From IMG/VR virus record IMGVR_UViG_3300042402_007287: a stretch of 39,004 nucleotides of DNA. One strand, written 5' to 3'. This document shows positions 1-8,168 of the stretch, one piece after another. The position numbers and the translations under genes are program-made. The notes under the pieces were generated by a model that searched no databases, had not been told where the DNA came from, and saw only the letters and a program-made list of their open reading frames with translations. Numbering within the stretch: the stretch's first letter is position 1; every line of letters begins with the position of its first letter. The DNA is from a virus. Lineage: Duplodnaviria > Heunggongvirae > Uroviricota > Caudoviricetes.

Positions 1-252
1 TATAACAGAATTTTTATTTACCTCTTCGTTGTAAAAAAATCTTGAGTGAGACGACTCATCCAAAAGTTGAATCACTTCTCCTTTTTTGGTTATCACAAAA
101 TTAGGTATTCTATCAAACCTTTGGTTATATCTAAATCGAAGGGAGGTTAGATATTTATCTACCTCCCTTGACGTATGACATAAAATGATTTGTTTTTTAT
201 TTCTGTATTTACCTAACGCTTTGAAATTTCCGTATTTATTGAGAGTTGACAT
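1..252 (-). CDS. N-acetylmuramoyl-L-alanine amidase (Amidase_2-like), putative endolysin; 3' end outside window; not in ORF track
   Basis: ATG at 252 overlaps the upstream gene end; open to position 1: MSTLNKYGNFKALGKYRNKKQIILCHTSREVDKYLTSLRFRYNQRFDRIPNFVITKKGEVIQLLDESSHSRFFYNEEVNKNSVI. The IILCHT...PNFVITKKGEVIQL...N..SVI pattern matches the Amidase_2 N-terminal half. Confidence 0.7.
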   Translation of the reverse strand, partial: MSTLNKYGNFKALGKYRNKKQIILCHTSREVDKYLTSLRFRYNQRFDRIPNFVITKKGEVIQLLDESSHSRFFYNEEVNKNSVI

Positions 253-856
253 TTTTAGTATAACTCAAAACTTTATATTCGGGTTTATCTTCCTTTTCTT
301 GATTGGGAACCTCCTCAGGTTTTACTTCTTTAGTAATCTCAGTTGGTTGGGCTTTAATAATTTCCTCAACTTTAATTTCTATTTGTTTTTGTCTTTCATC
401 CTGCTCAAATTTGACCAACATGTGTAAAAAGGATAAAGAAATTATAGGTAACATTCCGCCTGCAAATATTGCCAAAAATCTTTTGTGACCTATAGGGTCA
501 CCTGAATCAACACCCATGAAAGAAACAATAGGGTCGACTAAATCAACCCAATCTTTAAATGCTTGTGAACCAACATCTATATAAGAATATGCAAAGTAAA
601 TGTTTCCCAAAAATTGAATTAAAGTAACGATACCAAATGGGAAATATACCTTTTTACCCATTCTCGCACTTATCGCAGCTAAAGCTGAAAGTGCCGCAAT
701 TTCAATACCAATCGACAGGTAAATAGCCCAGCTAAATGGGTTTGATATACCGTACCATTTTGTGACGTGTGATATTGAGACGAAAGCTACTGTTAAAATT
801 GGAACCAAAAAAGCAGCATATATTATACTTTTGAAATTTTTTTGTATCCAAGTCAT
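236..856 (-). CDS. Multi-pass membrane protein (about 4 TM) with charged C-terminal tail; possible holin-like protein
   Basis: 206 aa with four hydrophobic segments, then a Glu/Lys-rich tail; lies directly upstream of and overlaps the amidase gene. Confidence 0.6.
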   Translation of the reverse strand: MTWIQKNFKSIIYAAFLVPILTVAFVSISHVTKWYGISNPFSWAIYLSIGIEIAALSALAAISARMGKKVYFPFGIVTLIQFLGNIYFAYSYIDVGSQAFKDWVDLVDPIVSFMGVDSGDPIGHKRFLAIFAGGMLPIISLSFLHMLVKFEQDERQKQIEIKVEEIIKAQPTEITKEVKPEEVPNQEKEDKPEYKVLSYTKNVNSQ

Positions 857-859
857 TTT

Positions 860-1138
860 TTAATTATTTAATCTTTTGATTTCATCTTCAATTTCTGTTT
901 GTCTTCTTACATCAAGAAGTTTTCTATCAGTTGCTTGAATCATTCTTTTTTCAGCCTCTAATCCAGAAATTTTTAATTTTTTTTCCAATTGAGTTTTTGT
1001 GAATGTTGAGTCTTTAATAGCCTGTACTTCTTTTCTCATTTTGGAAAGTTCTCTGCTATCTCCACACCCTTTGAAAAAACTCAGAAGTGCTATGACCAAA
1101 ACTATTACAGTAAAATTTGTCTCGATAAACTTTTTCAT
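860..1138 (-). CDS. Small lipoprotein or membrane-anchored coiled-coil protein (spanin-like candidate)
   Basis: MKK, hydrophobic stretch, then LSFFKGC (relaxed lipobox) and a charged helical C-terminus. Confidence 0.55.
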   Translation of the reverse strand: MKKFIETNFTVIVLVIALLSFFKGCGDSRELSKMRKEVQAIKDSTFTKTQLEKKLKISGLEAEKRMIQATDRKLLDVRRQTEIEDEIKRLNN

Positions 1139-1166
1139 ATAATTGTAATTTTAATATACCCCCTAA

Positions 1167-1205
1167 ATTATAAAGGGTGTATATAATAAATACACCCTTT
1201 ATAAT
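1167..1205. terminator. Perfect 16-bp hairpin between the sigma gene and the lysis cassette; probable terminator
   Basis: ATTATAAAGGGTGTAT (1167-1182), loop ATAATAA, ATACACCCTTTATAAT (1190-1205); starts 4 nt after the sigma stop; only a weak U-tract. Confidence 0.65.
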
Positions 1206-1209
1206 CTTT

Positions 1210-2007
1210 TTACATGTAGTCGAACAGACTACCTGTTTCATTTCGAAGTTTTCGTAAAGCCTTCTCTTTTATTTGTCTTACCCTTTCTTTAGTCAAATCA
1301 AAATCATTACCAATATCTTCCAAGGTTCGTGTTGAACCCGATAACCCAAAATAATCCTCAACTATAACCCTTTCGCGTTCGTCAAGTACATCCAACATAC
1401 CAAGTAATTTGTCTTTTAGAGTTTGCTCCGTAGAAAGATTGGAGTCTGCAGATTCGGCGTTTGGGTTTACTAATACATCCATTAGAGTGTCTCCATCCTC
1501 ATTCAAAGGACTATCTAGATTTACAGTGTATGGTAAATTCACGAACTTTTCAGGTAACTCTACACCGGCATTTTCAAGTTCCTTTTTAGCTTTCTGAAGT
1601 TCTTGGACAACATTTACGGGAAGGCGAATAGTTCTTGCATTTTCATTCAATGATTGTAGAATCGACTGTCTAATCCACCAAACAGCGTATGATATAAATC
1701 TTAGTTTTTTCGACCAATCAAAATTATCAATAGCTTTCATTAGACCATAATTCCCTTCAGCAATCAAGTCAGGAAAATCTAAACCCTGATTTTGATATTG
1801 TTTACTAACTGTGATAACAAACCTTAAATTGCCTTCAACAAGTTCTTTTTTGATATCTTCCTTTTCTCGTTCCGAAATGTTATTTGATAACATTCTTTCA
1901 GCCAACTCCCTTTCTCTTTCAGGGGTCATAACTGATATTTTACGAATGTCTTTGAGATAAACCGCAATTTCTTCTTGATTGATTGGAATAACTGATTTTT
2001 CTTTCAT
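1210..2007 (-). CDS. rpoD: Phage-encoded sigma70 factor, Bacteroidota primary-sigma type (no region 1.1)
   Basis: Region 2 NLRFVITVSKQYQNQGLDFPDLIAEGNYGLMKA...FISYAVWWIRQSILQ, RTIRLP; region 4 HTH TLEDIGNDFDLTKERVRQIKEKALRKLR. Confidence 0.93.
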   Translation of the reverse strand: MKEKSVIPINQEEIAVYLKDIRKISVMTPERERELAERMLSNNISEREKEDIKKELVEGNLRFVITVSKQYQNQGLDFPDLIAEGNYGLMKAIDNFDWSKKLRFISYAVWWIRQSILQSLNENARTIRLPVNVVQELQKAKKELENAGVELPEKFVNLPYTVNLDSPLNEDGDTLMDVLVNPNAESADSNLSTEQTLKDKLLGMLDVLDERERVIVEDYFGLSGSTRTLEDIGNDFDLTKERVRQIKEKALRKLRNETGSLFDYM

Positions 2008-2011
2008 GATA

Positions 2012-2506
2012 TTAGTTTTTACTATAATTTTCTAAGATTTCTTTTTCGTACAAGCTAAGGGAGTTTACCCCACCCGATAAAATTTTTTCTAATATTTCGT
2101 CTAAGGTTGGTTTCTTTCTTGATTTCTTGATACCCTCCAAAAGTAATGCCACGATTTCTTCATCTAATTCTTCGTCAAAATTTTTTGAGGGTTTCCATTT
2201 TAAATCCATCGTTTCTTTGTCTAAGTCCAATAAGTGTTCGCTGACAGATGAAGGAAGGAAAACTGACACCTTGTCAGTATTTTCTGTCAGAAAAAAAGAC
2301 GTACACTTCTCACCAACTGTGACTATGATGTAGTCAAACATCTCTTCTTGACTTACTTCAGATGCGAAATGAAATACTAATGAGCCGGTTGTTTGATTGA
2401 ATTTCAAAGTTGGTGAATCAACAATAGGACTGAGAGATACTACAATATCTTTAGTCTCGGATTCATTTTCAAAATTTCCTAAAAGGATTAAAAAGTAATT
2501 TTTCAT
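2012..2506 (-). CDS. Hypothetical protein with C-terminal DUF6576-like helical motif
   Basis: C-terminus LDEILEKILSGGVNSLSLYEKEIL resembles the ILDKI..SG..SLT..EK..L motif; has its own upstream TAnnTTTG box. Confidence 0.55.
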   Translation of the reverse strand: MKNYFLILLGNFENESETKDIVVSLSPIVDSPTLKFNQTTGSLVFHFASEVSQEEMFDYIIVTVGEKCTSFFLTENTDKVSVFLPSSVSEHLLDLDKETMDLKWKPSKNFDEELDEEIVALLLEGIKKSRKKPTLDEILEKILSGGVNSLSLYEKEILENYSKN

Positions 2507-2512
2507 GAGCTA

Positions 2513-2520
2513 CAAATGTA
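2513..2520 (-). promoter_or_regulatory. Bacteroidota -7 promoter box TACATTTG
   Basis: Matches TAnnTTTG; 6 nt upstream of the ATG at 2506. Confidence 0.7.
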
Positions 2521-2524
2521 AGGT

Positions 2525-3916
2525 TTATTTATTATAAATTAGGTTTTGATTCAATTTTTTTGGTATTCCGAAGTAAAATCGGTTATATTTTTTTTTCATA
2601 TTTTTATACCAAACTGATTTTGAGGTTGTAATAAACAAATCAAAAATTTTTTCATAATCTCCTAAATTATTTTCGTTCCACCATGTCTTGAATTCATCAG
2701 TAAGATTATTTTCAACATCCTCAACTGGTATAGTTCTACATGCACCTGGACTGCTATTTCTTGTGATGTCATAATCACAGTAACCAAAATAATCGGTGGA
2801 TGATTTAGAGGGGTTACCAGTAAAATAAAATGATTTTGTTGGGTTGGGATTTATTTCATACACAAAACTCATCTTTTTTAAAATGGGATTTCTAAAATAG
2901 TATCTGATTTCGTTTCTGTGATTTATCTTTTTATAATTGTCTACATTCTCAAGCTCCGACAAAAATCTATCTGAAAGTTTAGTCTTTATCTCCTCCAAAT
3001 ATTTCCAAATCACCTCAAGTTTTTTTGATTTGAGTTCCTCATTTTGACTGTTCAATACTTTCAAATGTGCAAGTCCTTGGAACCTGAGATTGGAATCTAA
3101 ATCCTTCAAATCAGAATTGTATAATCTAATCATTCTATCGATGAACTCCTCCCTATTTTCATTCCTGCAAGACAGAAATATGCTTTCACAGGGGACCGAC
3201 CCTAAATAAGTTCTTTTGAATATCTGATTGTAATTCCAATAATCTTCATTATTGTTTATTTTATCAGACTTTTCTTTTTGGACGTATTTCAAAACTATAA
3301 AAATCATTTTAAGTGATGCTGATTCAAAGAGTCCGTTGGGTATTTCTTTCACATATTCAATGTCAAATTTTTCATGAATTAAATTTTGGAACCTGACGAA
3401 AAACTTAGAGTTGTTCGTAAAAAGTGTTTCAGGCATTATGAATCTTATTTCACCCCCATTACCATTTTCCTCTATGATTTCTAAACATCTAAGGAGAAAA
3501 AATACCGATTCTTCACGTATACCTTTTACATCATACTTTTTACACAATTTCTTTACAAAATCGGGATGTGAACGTAATGAGTAAGCTGGGGTTCTGAATG
3601 GTGGATTTCCAACAAAAATTATTTTTTTGTTTGTTTTGAACTTCCAATCGTAAAAATTTATTAGATATTTTTCAAAACTAAGTTCAGACGCAAACTCAAA
3701 AAGGGTCGAATCCAATTCACATCCAACAACTTTATTAATGTCAACACCCCTTTTTAGAAGAGCTTGTATAAAATTACCAGTACCGAAAGATGGTTCTACA
3801 TAAACGATATTGTCAGATATCTCAAGTTCTGATAAAAGCTCAGTAGCTAAATCCACAGGGGTCATATATTGACCAAGGAAATAGTTATGGTTGTTTATAC
3901 TTTTGTTTTCTATCAT
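2525..3916 (-). CDS. N6-adenine DNA methyltransferase (gamma class)
   Basis: Motif X GQYMTP, motif I EPSFGTGNF, motif IV VGNPPF in gamma order. ATG at 3916 is preferred over the TTG at 3934. Confidence 0.88.
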   Translation of the reverse strand: MIENKSINNHNYFLGQYMTPVDLATELLSELEISDNIVYVEPSFGTGNFIQALLKRGVDINKVVGCELDSTLFEFASELSFEKYLINFYDWKFKTNKKIIFVGNPPFRTPAYSLRSHPDFVKKLCKKYDVKGIREESVFFLLRCLEIIEENGNGGEIRFIMPETLFTNNSKFFVRFQNLIHEKFDIEYVKEIPNGLFESASLKMIFIVLKYVQKEKSDKINNNEDYWNYNQIFKRTYLGSVPCESIFLSCRNENREEFIDRMIRLYNSDLKDLDSNLRFQGLAHLKVLNSQNEELKSKKLEVIWKYLEEIKTKLSDRFLSELENVDNYKKINHRNEIRYYFRNPILKKMSFVYEINPNPTKSFYFTGNPSKSSTDYFGYCDYDITRNSSPGACRTIPVEDVENNLTDEFKTWWNENNLGDYEKIFDLFITTSKSVWYKNMKKKYNRFYFGIPKKLNQNLIYNK

Positions 3917-3956
3917 ACTAATAAATAGTACCAAATTTCATTAAGGAATTAAATAC

Positions 3957-4526
3957 TTAATGATTTTTAACATGGTTGAGAATTTCTAAAATGTATTCGT
4001 CAGTAAGACCTAAGTTACTCTGTGTATAATCAATTGGTCCTGTGCTGAGAAGGTAAGTGGCCATACTTTTGAATTGTTGTGTAAAAGTAATTTGACCCTC
4101 AAGTTCATTGCCCTTGTGTTGTCTTTGTAAGGTCAATTTACCGTCTTCTTTGTTTTCTTTACCTGCAACTTGGGAAATCTTGTCAGTTTTGATTACCCAC
4201 CACTCAGTAAACTCAGGAAATTCAGCTGCAACTAAAATTTTATTATAAAGAGCGGGTTTAACCTGCTGAAGTTTAGGTGAGGAACCAAGAGCATCAAATT
4301 GTTTTAGTTCAACTTTATCCGTGGTGAAAAAATATTCTTCACCAGTACGAAAATCGTAGTCAGTTGTTTCAGGACGAGGTTCACCAAGTGTGAATCTCAT
4401 ACGAGCTTCCAAGAGTTCTGATTTCTCTTTACCACTCAAACTCATATTATAATTTTCACCGATGATATTGAACAACTGTCTAACTTGCTCCTCAGTAAAT
4501 TGTTCTGTGTCGATTGTAATTTTCAT
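3957..4526 (-). CDS. Putative PD-(D/E)XK endonuclease; candidate Type II restriction enzyme
   Basis: TDYD...VELK acidic/Lys motif, 189 aa, directly upstream of the MTase in the same orientation. Confidence 0.45.
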   Translation of the reverse strand: MKITIDTEQFTEEQVRQLFNIIGENYNMSLSGKEKSELLEARMRFTLGEPRPETTDYDFRTGEEYFFTTDKVELKQFDALGSSPKLQQVKPALYNKILVAAEFPEFTEWWVIKTDKISQVAGKENKEDGKLTLQRQHKGNELEGQITFTQQFKSMATYLLSTGPIDYTQSNLGLTDEYILEILNHVKNH

Positions 4527-4531
4527 AATTG

Positions 4532-4539
4532 CAAATGTA
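4532..4539 (-). promoter_or_regulatory. Bacteroidota -7 promoter box TACATTTG
   Basis: Matches TAnnTTTG; 5 nt upstream of the ATG at 4526. Confidence 0.7.
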
Positions 4540-4547
4540 TGTAAAAA

Positions 4548-5021
4548 TCAAATATAAACTCTTCCTTTTTTTCCACTGTGTTGTTCATACCATTTACCCT
4601 CACCATCCATCCAAACATAAGGGTCTTCAGGATTCTCAACCCAATTATATTTGACGTAAAATTCAGGTTCTTTCTTCAATAGATTAGCTCTGTGAGAGGA
4701 ATGAAATCTTTCATTACCAATGAATGGTGGATAAGTAACTAATTTTGGAATAGTCTCAATTGCCATGGTGTTCTTGAAACCTCGACCAATCCATTCTTCA
4801 ATTGAAATATTCATATAGACTTTGAGAGCATCCACATAATCTTTCCACATCACAGTACAAGGATGATTCAACCATCCTTTGTATGGAGAACCGTCAAGTT
4901 TTGGTCTACGTGTGATTGCAGAGATTATTTGATATGTTTCAACTCTCTGTTTACCCAATCTCTTATTATCCAATGTTTGAAGAGATGCTCTAAAGTCAGG
5001 ATAGGGTAGAAATATTTGCAT
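4548..5021 (-). CDS. Pyrimidine-dimer DNA glycosylase / T4 endonuclease V-like (MSMEG_6728 family)
   Basis: MQIFLPYPDF...LDNKRLGKQRVE...GWLNHPCTVMW signature. Confidence 0.88.
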   Translation of the reverse strand: MQIFLPYPDFRASLQTLDNKRLGKQRVETYQIISAITRRPKLDGSPYKGWLNHPCTVMWKDYVDALKVYMNISIEEWIGRGFKNTMAIETIPKLVTYPPFIGNERFHSSHRANLLKKEPEFYVKYNWVENPEDPYVWMDGEGKWYEQHSGKKGRVYI

Positions 5022-5025
5022 GAGA

Positions 5026-5033
5026 CAAAAGTA
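5026..5033 (-). promoter_or_regulatory. Bacteroidota -7 promoter box TACTTTTG
   Basis: Matches TAnnTTTG; 4 nt upstream of the ATG at 5021. Confidence 0.7.
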
Positions 5034-5056
5034 AGGAATTAAAACAATAAAAAAAA

Positions 5057-7435
5057 TTATTGTATTACTCTTGAAACATTATCTGACTTGGAAATTTTCA
5101 AAGTGTTATTACCCCATGCATTGATAAGAGGGTTGTGTGAGATTACAAAAATTTTCTCGAAATACTCTCTCATCTTTTGGAAAAATTCACCCACCATGTC
5201 TAAGTTATCATTCGATATTTTACCAAAGACTTCATCCCATACAATCACGTTAGGTTTTGGAAGTGAACAAACTTTACTTAGTACTGCTCTCAGTGCCATA
5301 GCTGCAATTGTTCTTTCATAACCAGAACCAGAAACCATTAGTTTCTCAATACCTGTTGAGTTATCAATCATGACAAATTCCACTTCGTTCTTTTCATTGA
5401 TTCTAATTTCCAAATTGAAATAACAAGAATCAATTAAAAGTCTCTGAAGTTCTTGGTTTATCAGTGGCATCATAGTTTTCATGATGATTTTACTGATACC
5501 ATTTTTTCCGAAGATGTCCAAGTAAATCTTGTATACTTTTTCTTTTTCGTATTCTTCAGCTATTTTGAGAATCAGTTCATTGTTTTTCTCAATCCTTTCT
5601 TCAAGGAATGTTATTTGATTCTGGTTTGTTGTTTGTACCTTCTCGTAGTCTCGTTTTTCTTTAATTAGTTCATCAAGTCTCAGACCGGCCTTTACCAACT
5701 GTGCATCAATCTCATTGTTCTTTTTGATTTTATCTTGAACCTCCAAATACCTTTTCATTTTATCTTGGAATTGTTCAAGTTTTAAATCATTGGCCTCCAA
5801 AGACGCTTCATACTTTTCTTTTACGAGTTTGGCCTTTTCATATTCATCAAAGTCCTTTTTAAGTTGTGTGAATGATTGTTCTTTTTTTTCTAAACCTTCT
5901 AACTCTTTTTTAAACTCTTTGACCAGTTTTTTATATTTTTCTAACTGTTCGATTTTCTTTTTGGTGAGTTCGGCTTCCATAAGTTTAATACCACAATGTT
6001 CACATTGGATACCATCACCATACTTTTTAATTAGGTCTTCTATTTCTTCTACTTTGTTTTCCGCGAGAACAAGTTCCCCATTTGTGGATTTGATTTTCTC
6101 CCTTACCGAGTCGTGCTGGTCTTCGTGATAAAACTTTTTAGGTTCAACGATTTTAATCTCTTGTATTTGTGATTTTAATCGACCAGAGATTGTTTTATGC
6201 TCCTCGATTTGAATTTGTAATCTATCTGGATTCAAAATAACTAAGTCTTGGTCCAAATCGGTGAATTTGGATTTCAAAAGATTGTCTTTATAATCTTGAC
6301 CCTTTTTCAGTCGATTATCAACATCTTTTATTTTTGTTTGAGCATCTGCAATTGAACTATTACACTCAATTATCTCCTCCTCAGAATTTTGATTATCATT
6401 TTTCAAGGATTCGGTGTTGTATACATTTGACAACATCCCTTTGGAAAATTCCGAATATATTTCTTTACCAAACTCTTCTTTTTTCTTCAAAAATTCCAAC
6501 CCCAAAAATCTTGAAAGAACTTGACCACGAGCTGTTGGTTTTGCTTCTAACAAATCTTCTAAATTTGATGCTGTAGTAACAATAGTCATCAAAAAATCCT
6601 CCATGTTACCAATGGATTTTTTTATGAAATCTTCAGTTTCTCTTCGTTGTTCTCCGGTGAAGTTTTGAAGTTGTCCATCAGACAACTTTTTAAAGAAATC
6701 CAATTCAGTTTTGACATTCCATTCCCCACTCTTCGCCTTTTTCCTCTCTATCTTTCTTGCAATGATATACTCTTCCCCGTCAATAAGAATTTCCCCTCTA
6801 ACAGATACCGCATTTTTATCTGTGAACCTGTTGAAGATTTCCTCAGCTTTTTGGGTTTTAGTAGTCGTATTAAAAAATAAGAAAAGTAATAGGTCAACGG
6901 TCAAAACTGTTTTACCACCGAAATTTGGTGGGTCAGATTCGACAACAGTGATACCATTACATTTTTCAAAGTCAATTATTTGGTTTTCACCGTAAGAAAG
7001 GAAATTACTGAATTCTATTTTCTTGATATACCATCTCTTGAATGGACTTACTTCAACATCCTCAGCGGAAATTCTGTTTTCAACCGCAAGGTCAATATTC
7101 ATCAATTGGTCGAAATACTTTTCTTGTCCTTTTGATTCCAAAAGTGACTTGATTAGTTCCCTTTGATAATTCTTGTCCATTATATTGACAGAAACATCTA
7201 CAGTCTGTTGGGTTTCATCTGTGGTTTTAACTTTCGTGATAACATTTACGTTGGTAGAATTGTATTTTTTGTAAAAGTATTGTTTTACAGATTTAATTTT
7301 CTCCTGTGTAAAGTTTTCTGCAGTGTCTTCCCAAATAACCTGAATGTTAGGATTATCCAAAGACGAGATATCAAGTTTTTTACTCATGTTTTTCAAATTG
7401 AATTCAGGATATGGATTGAATAAATTCCATTCCAT
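5057..7435 (-). CDS. sbcC: SbcC/Rad50/gp46-like SMC ATPase with an N-terminal extension of about 130 aa (alternative start 7387)
   Basis: IKKIEFSNFLSYG, Walker A variant PPNFGGKT, coiled coils, zinc hook CEHC, signature SGSGYE, Walker B VIVWDEVFG, H-loop VISHN. Confidence 0.9.
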   Translation of the reverse strand: MEWNLFNPYPEFNLKNMSKKLDISSLDNPNIQVIWEDTAENFTQEKIKSVKQYFYKKYNSTNVNVITKVKTTDETQQTVDVSVNIMDKNYQRELIKSLLESKGQEKYFDQLMNIDLAVENRISAEDVEVSPFKRWYIKKIEFSNFLSYGENQIIDFEKCNGITVVESDPPNFGGKTVLTVDLLLFLFFNTTTKTQKAEEIFNRFTDKNAVSVRGEILIDGEEYIIARKIERKKAKSGEWNVKTELDFFKKLSDGQLQNFTGEQRRETEDFIKKSIGNMEDFLMTIVTTASNLEDLLEAKPTARGQVLSRFLGLEFLKKKEEFGKEIYSEFSKGMLSNVYNTESLKNDNQNSEEEIIECNSSIADAQTKIKDVDNRLKKGQDYKDNLLKSKFTDLDQDLVILNPDRLQIQIEEHKTISGRLKSQIQEIKIVEPKKFYHEDQHDSVREKIKSTNGELVLAENKVEEIEDLIKKYGDGIQCEHCGIKLMEAELTKKKIEQLEKYKKLVKEFKKELEGLEKKEQSFTQLKKDFDEYEKAKLVKEKYEASLEANDLKLEQFQDKMKRYLEVQDKIKKNNEIDAQLVKAGLRLDELIKEKRDYEKVQTTNQNQITFLEERIEKNNELILKIAEEYEKEKVYKIYLDIFGKNGISKIIMKTMMPLINQELQRLLIDSCYFNLEIRINEKNEVEFVMIDNSTGIEKLMVSGSGYERTIAAMALRAVLSKVCSLPKPNVIVWDEVFGKISNDNLDMVGEFFQKMREYFEKIFVISHNPLINAWGNNTLKISKSDNVSRVIQ

Positions 7436-7440
7436 TTTGA

Positions 7441-7620
7441 TTAGTTTTCAGTTTGTCCTGAAGTTTCCTCATTCTTTTTTTTCAATTCATCAATCTGAGC
7501 CTTGATGGCTTCGTTGAATAGTTTTTGCATAGCGGATTGCTGAGCTTTCACTTGATTGTTTCTGTTTTCGATTTTTTTTCGGTGTGCCTTCGCTCCACCT
7601 CTTTTTTTACTTTGGGGCAT
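7441..7620 (-). CDS. Small basic hypothetical protein
   Basis: MPQSKKRGGAKAHRKK...; ATG lies 1 nt after the upstream stop. Confidence 0.6.
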   Translation of the reverse strand: MPQSKKRGGAKAHRKKIENRNNQVKAQQSAMQKLFNEAIKAQIDELKKKNEETSGQTEN

Positions 7621-7621
7621 T

Positions 7622-7822
7622 TTAACCTTGTTTAATTTCAAATTTAATGTCTTTACTTACTACCTTTCCTTCAGGGTCCAATAAAAATCCTGAGGTATAG
7701 TATCTAAGTCTTTTTTCACCCTCTTCCAATAATCTCTTTTTCACTTCTTGTGCCGAAATATTGTTGGGGAAAGGAAAATCATTTATTTTGATTTTCATTG
7801 TGAATTCTGCGTTGACTTCCAT
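7622..7822 (-). CDS. Hypothetical protein
   Basis: MEVNAEFT...; packed between neighbours with gaps of 1-4 nt. Confidence 0.55.
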   Translation of the reverse strand: MEVNAEFTMKIKINDFPFPNNISAQEVKKRLLEEGEKRLRYYTSGFLLDPEGKVVSKDIKFEIKQG

Positions 7823-7826
7823 AGTT

Positions 7827-8162
7827 TTATTTTTTTTCAAACCATTCGATAATCGAGTTTATGGCCCACGTAGAGCCTGATGCTAACAAACCATCAAAAA
7901 ACCAAGAGACGTATGGATTTACTTCTAGTATTTGATGTACAGGAGAATATAAGAAAATTCCGAAGAAGAATCCAACCCATGTTGGAGTACACATCATACA
8001 ACTGAGCATGTCTCTCAAGAAAATGAAAAAATCCATAAAATAGTTTTCCTCATTTTCCGATTGTTTGATGATGTAATTTCTTGGTCTATCAAATATGCTT
8101 CCGTAAACAAGAATGTTACTGAGTCCATAAACCATAACCATCCATAAAAATAATTGTGTCAT
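7827..8162 (-). CDS. DUF1360-like membrane protein
   Basis: Hydrophobic segments with the SCMMCTPTWVG (CxxC...W.G) motif. Confidence 0.6.
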   Translation of the reverse strand: MTQLFLWMVMVYGLSNILVYGSIFDRPRNYIIKQSENEENYFMDFFIFLRDMLSCMMCTPTWVGFFFGIFLYSPVHQILEVNPYVSWFFDGLLASGSTWAINSIIEWFEKK

Positions 8163-8168
8163 AAAGTT

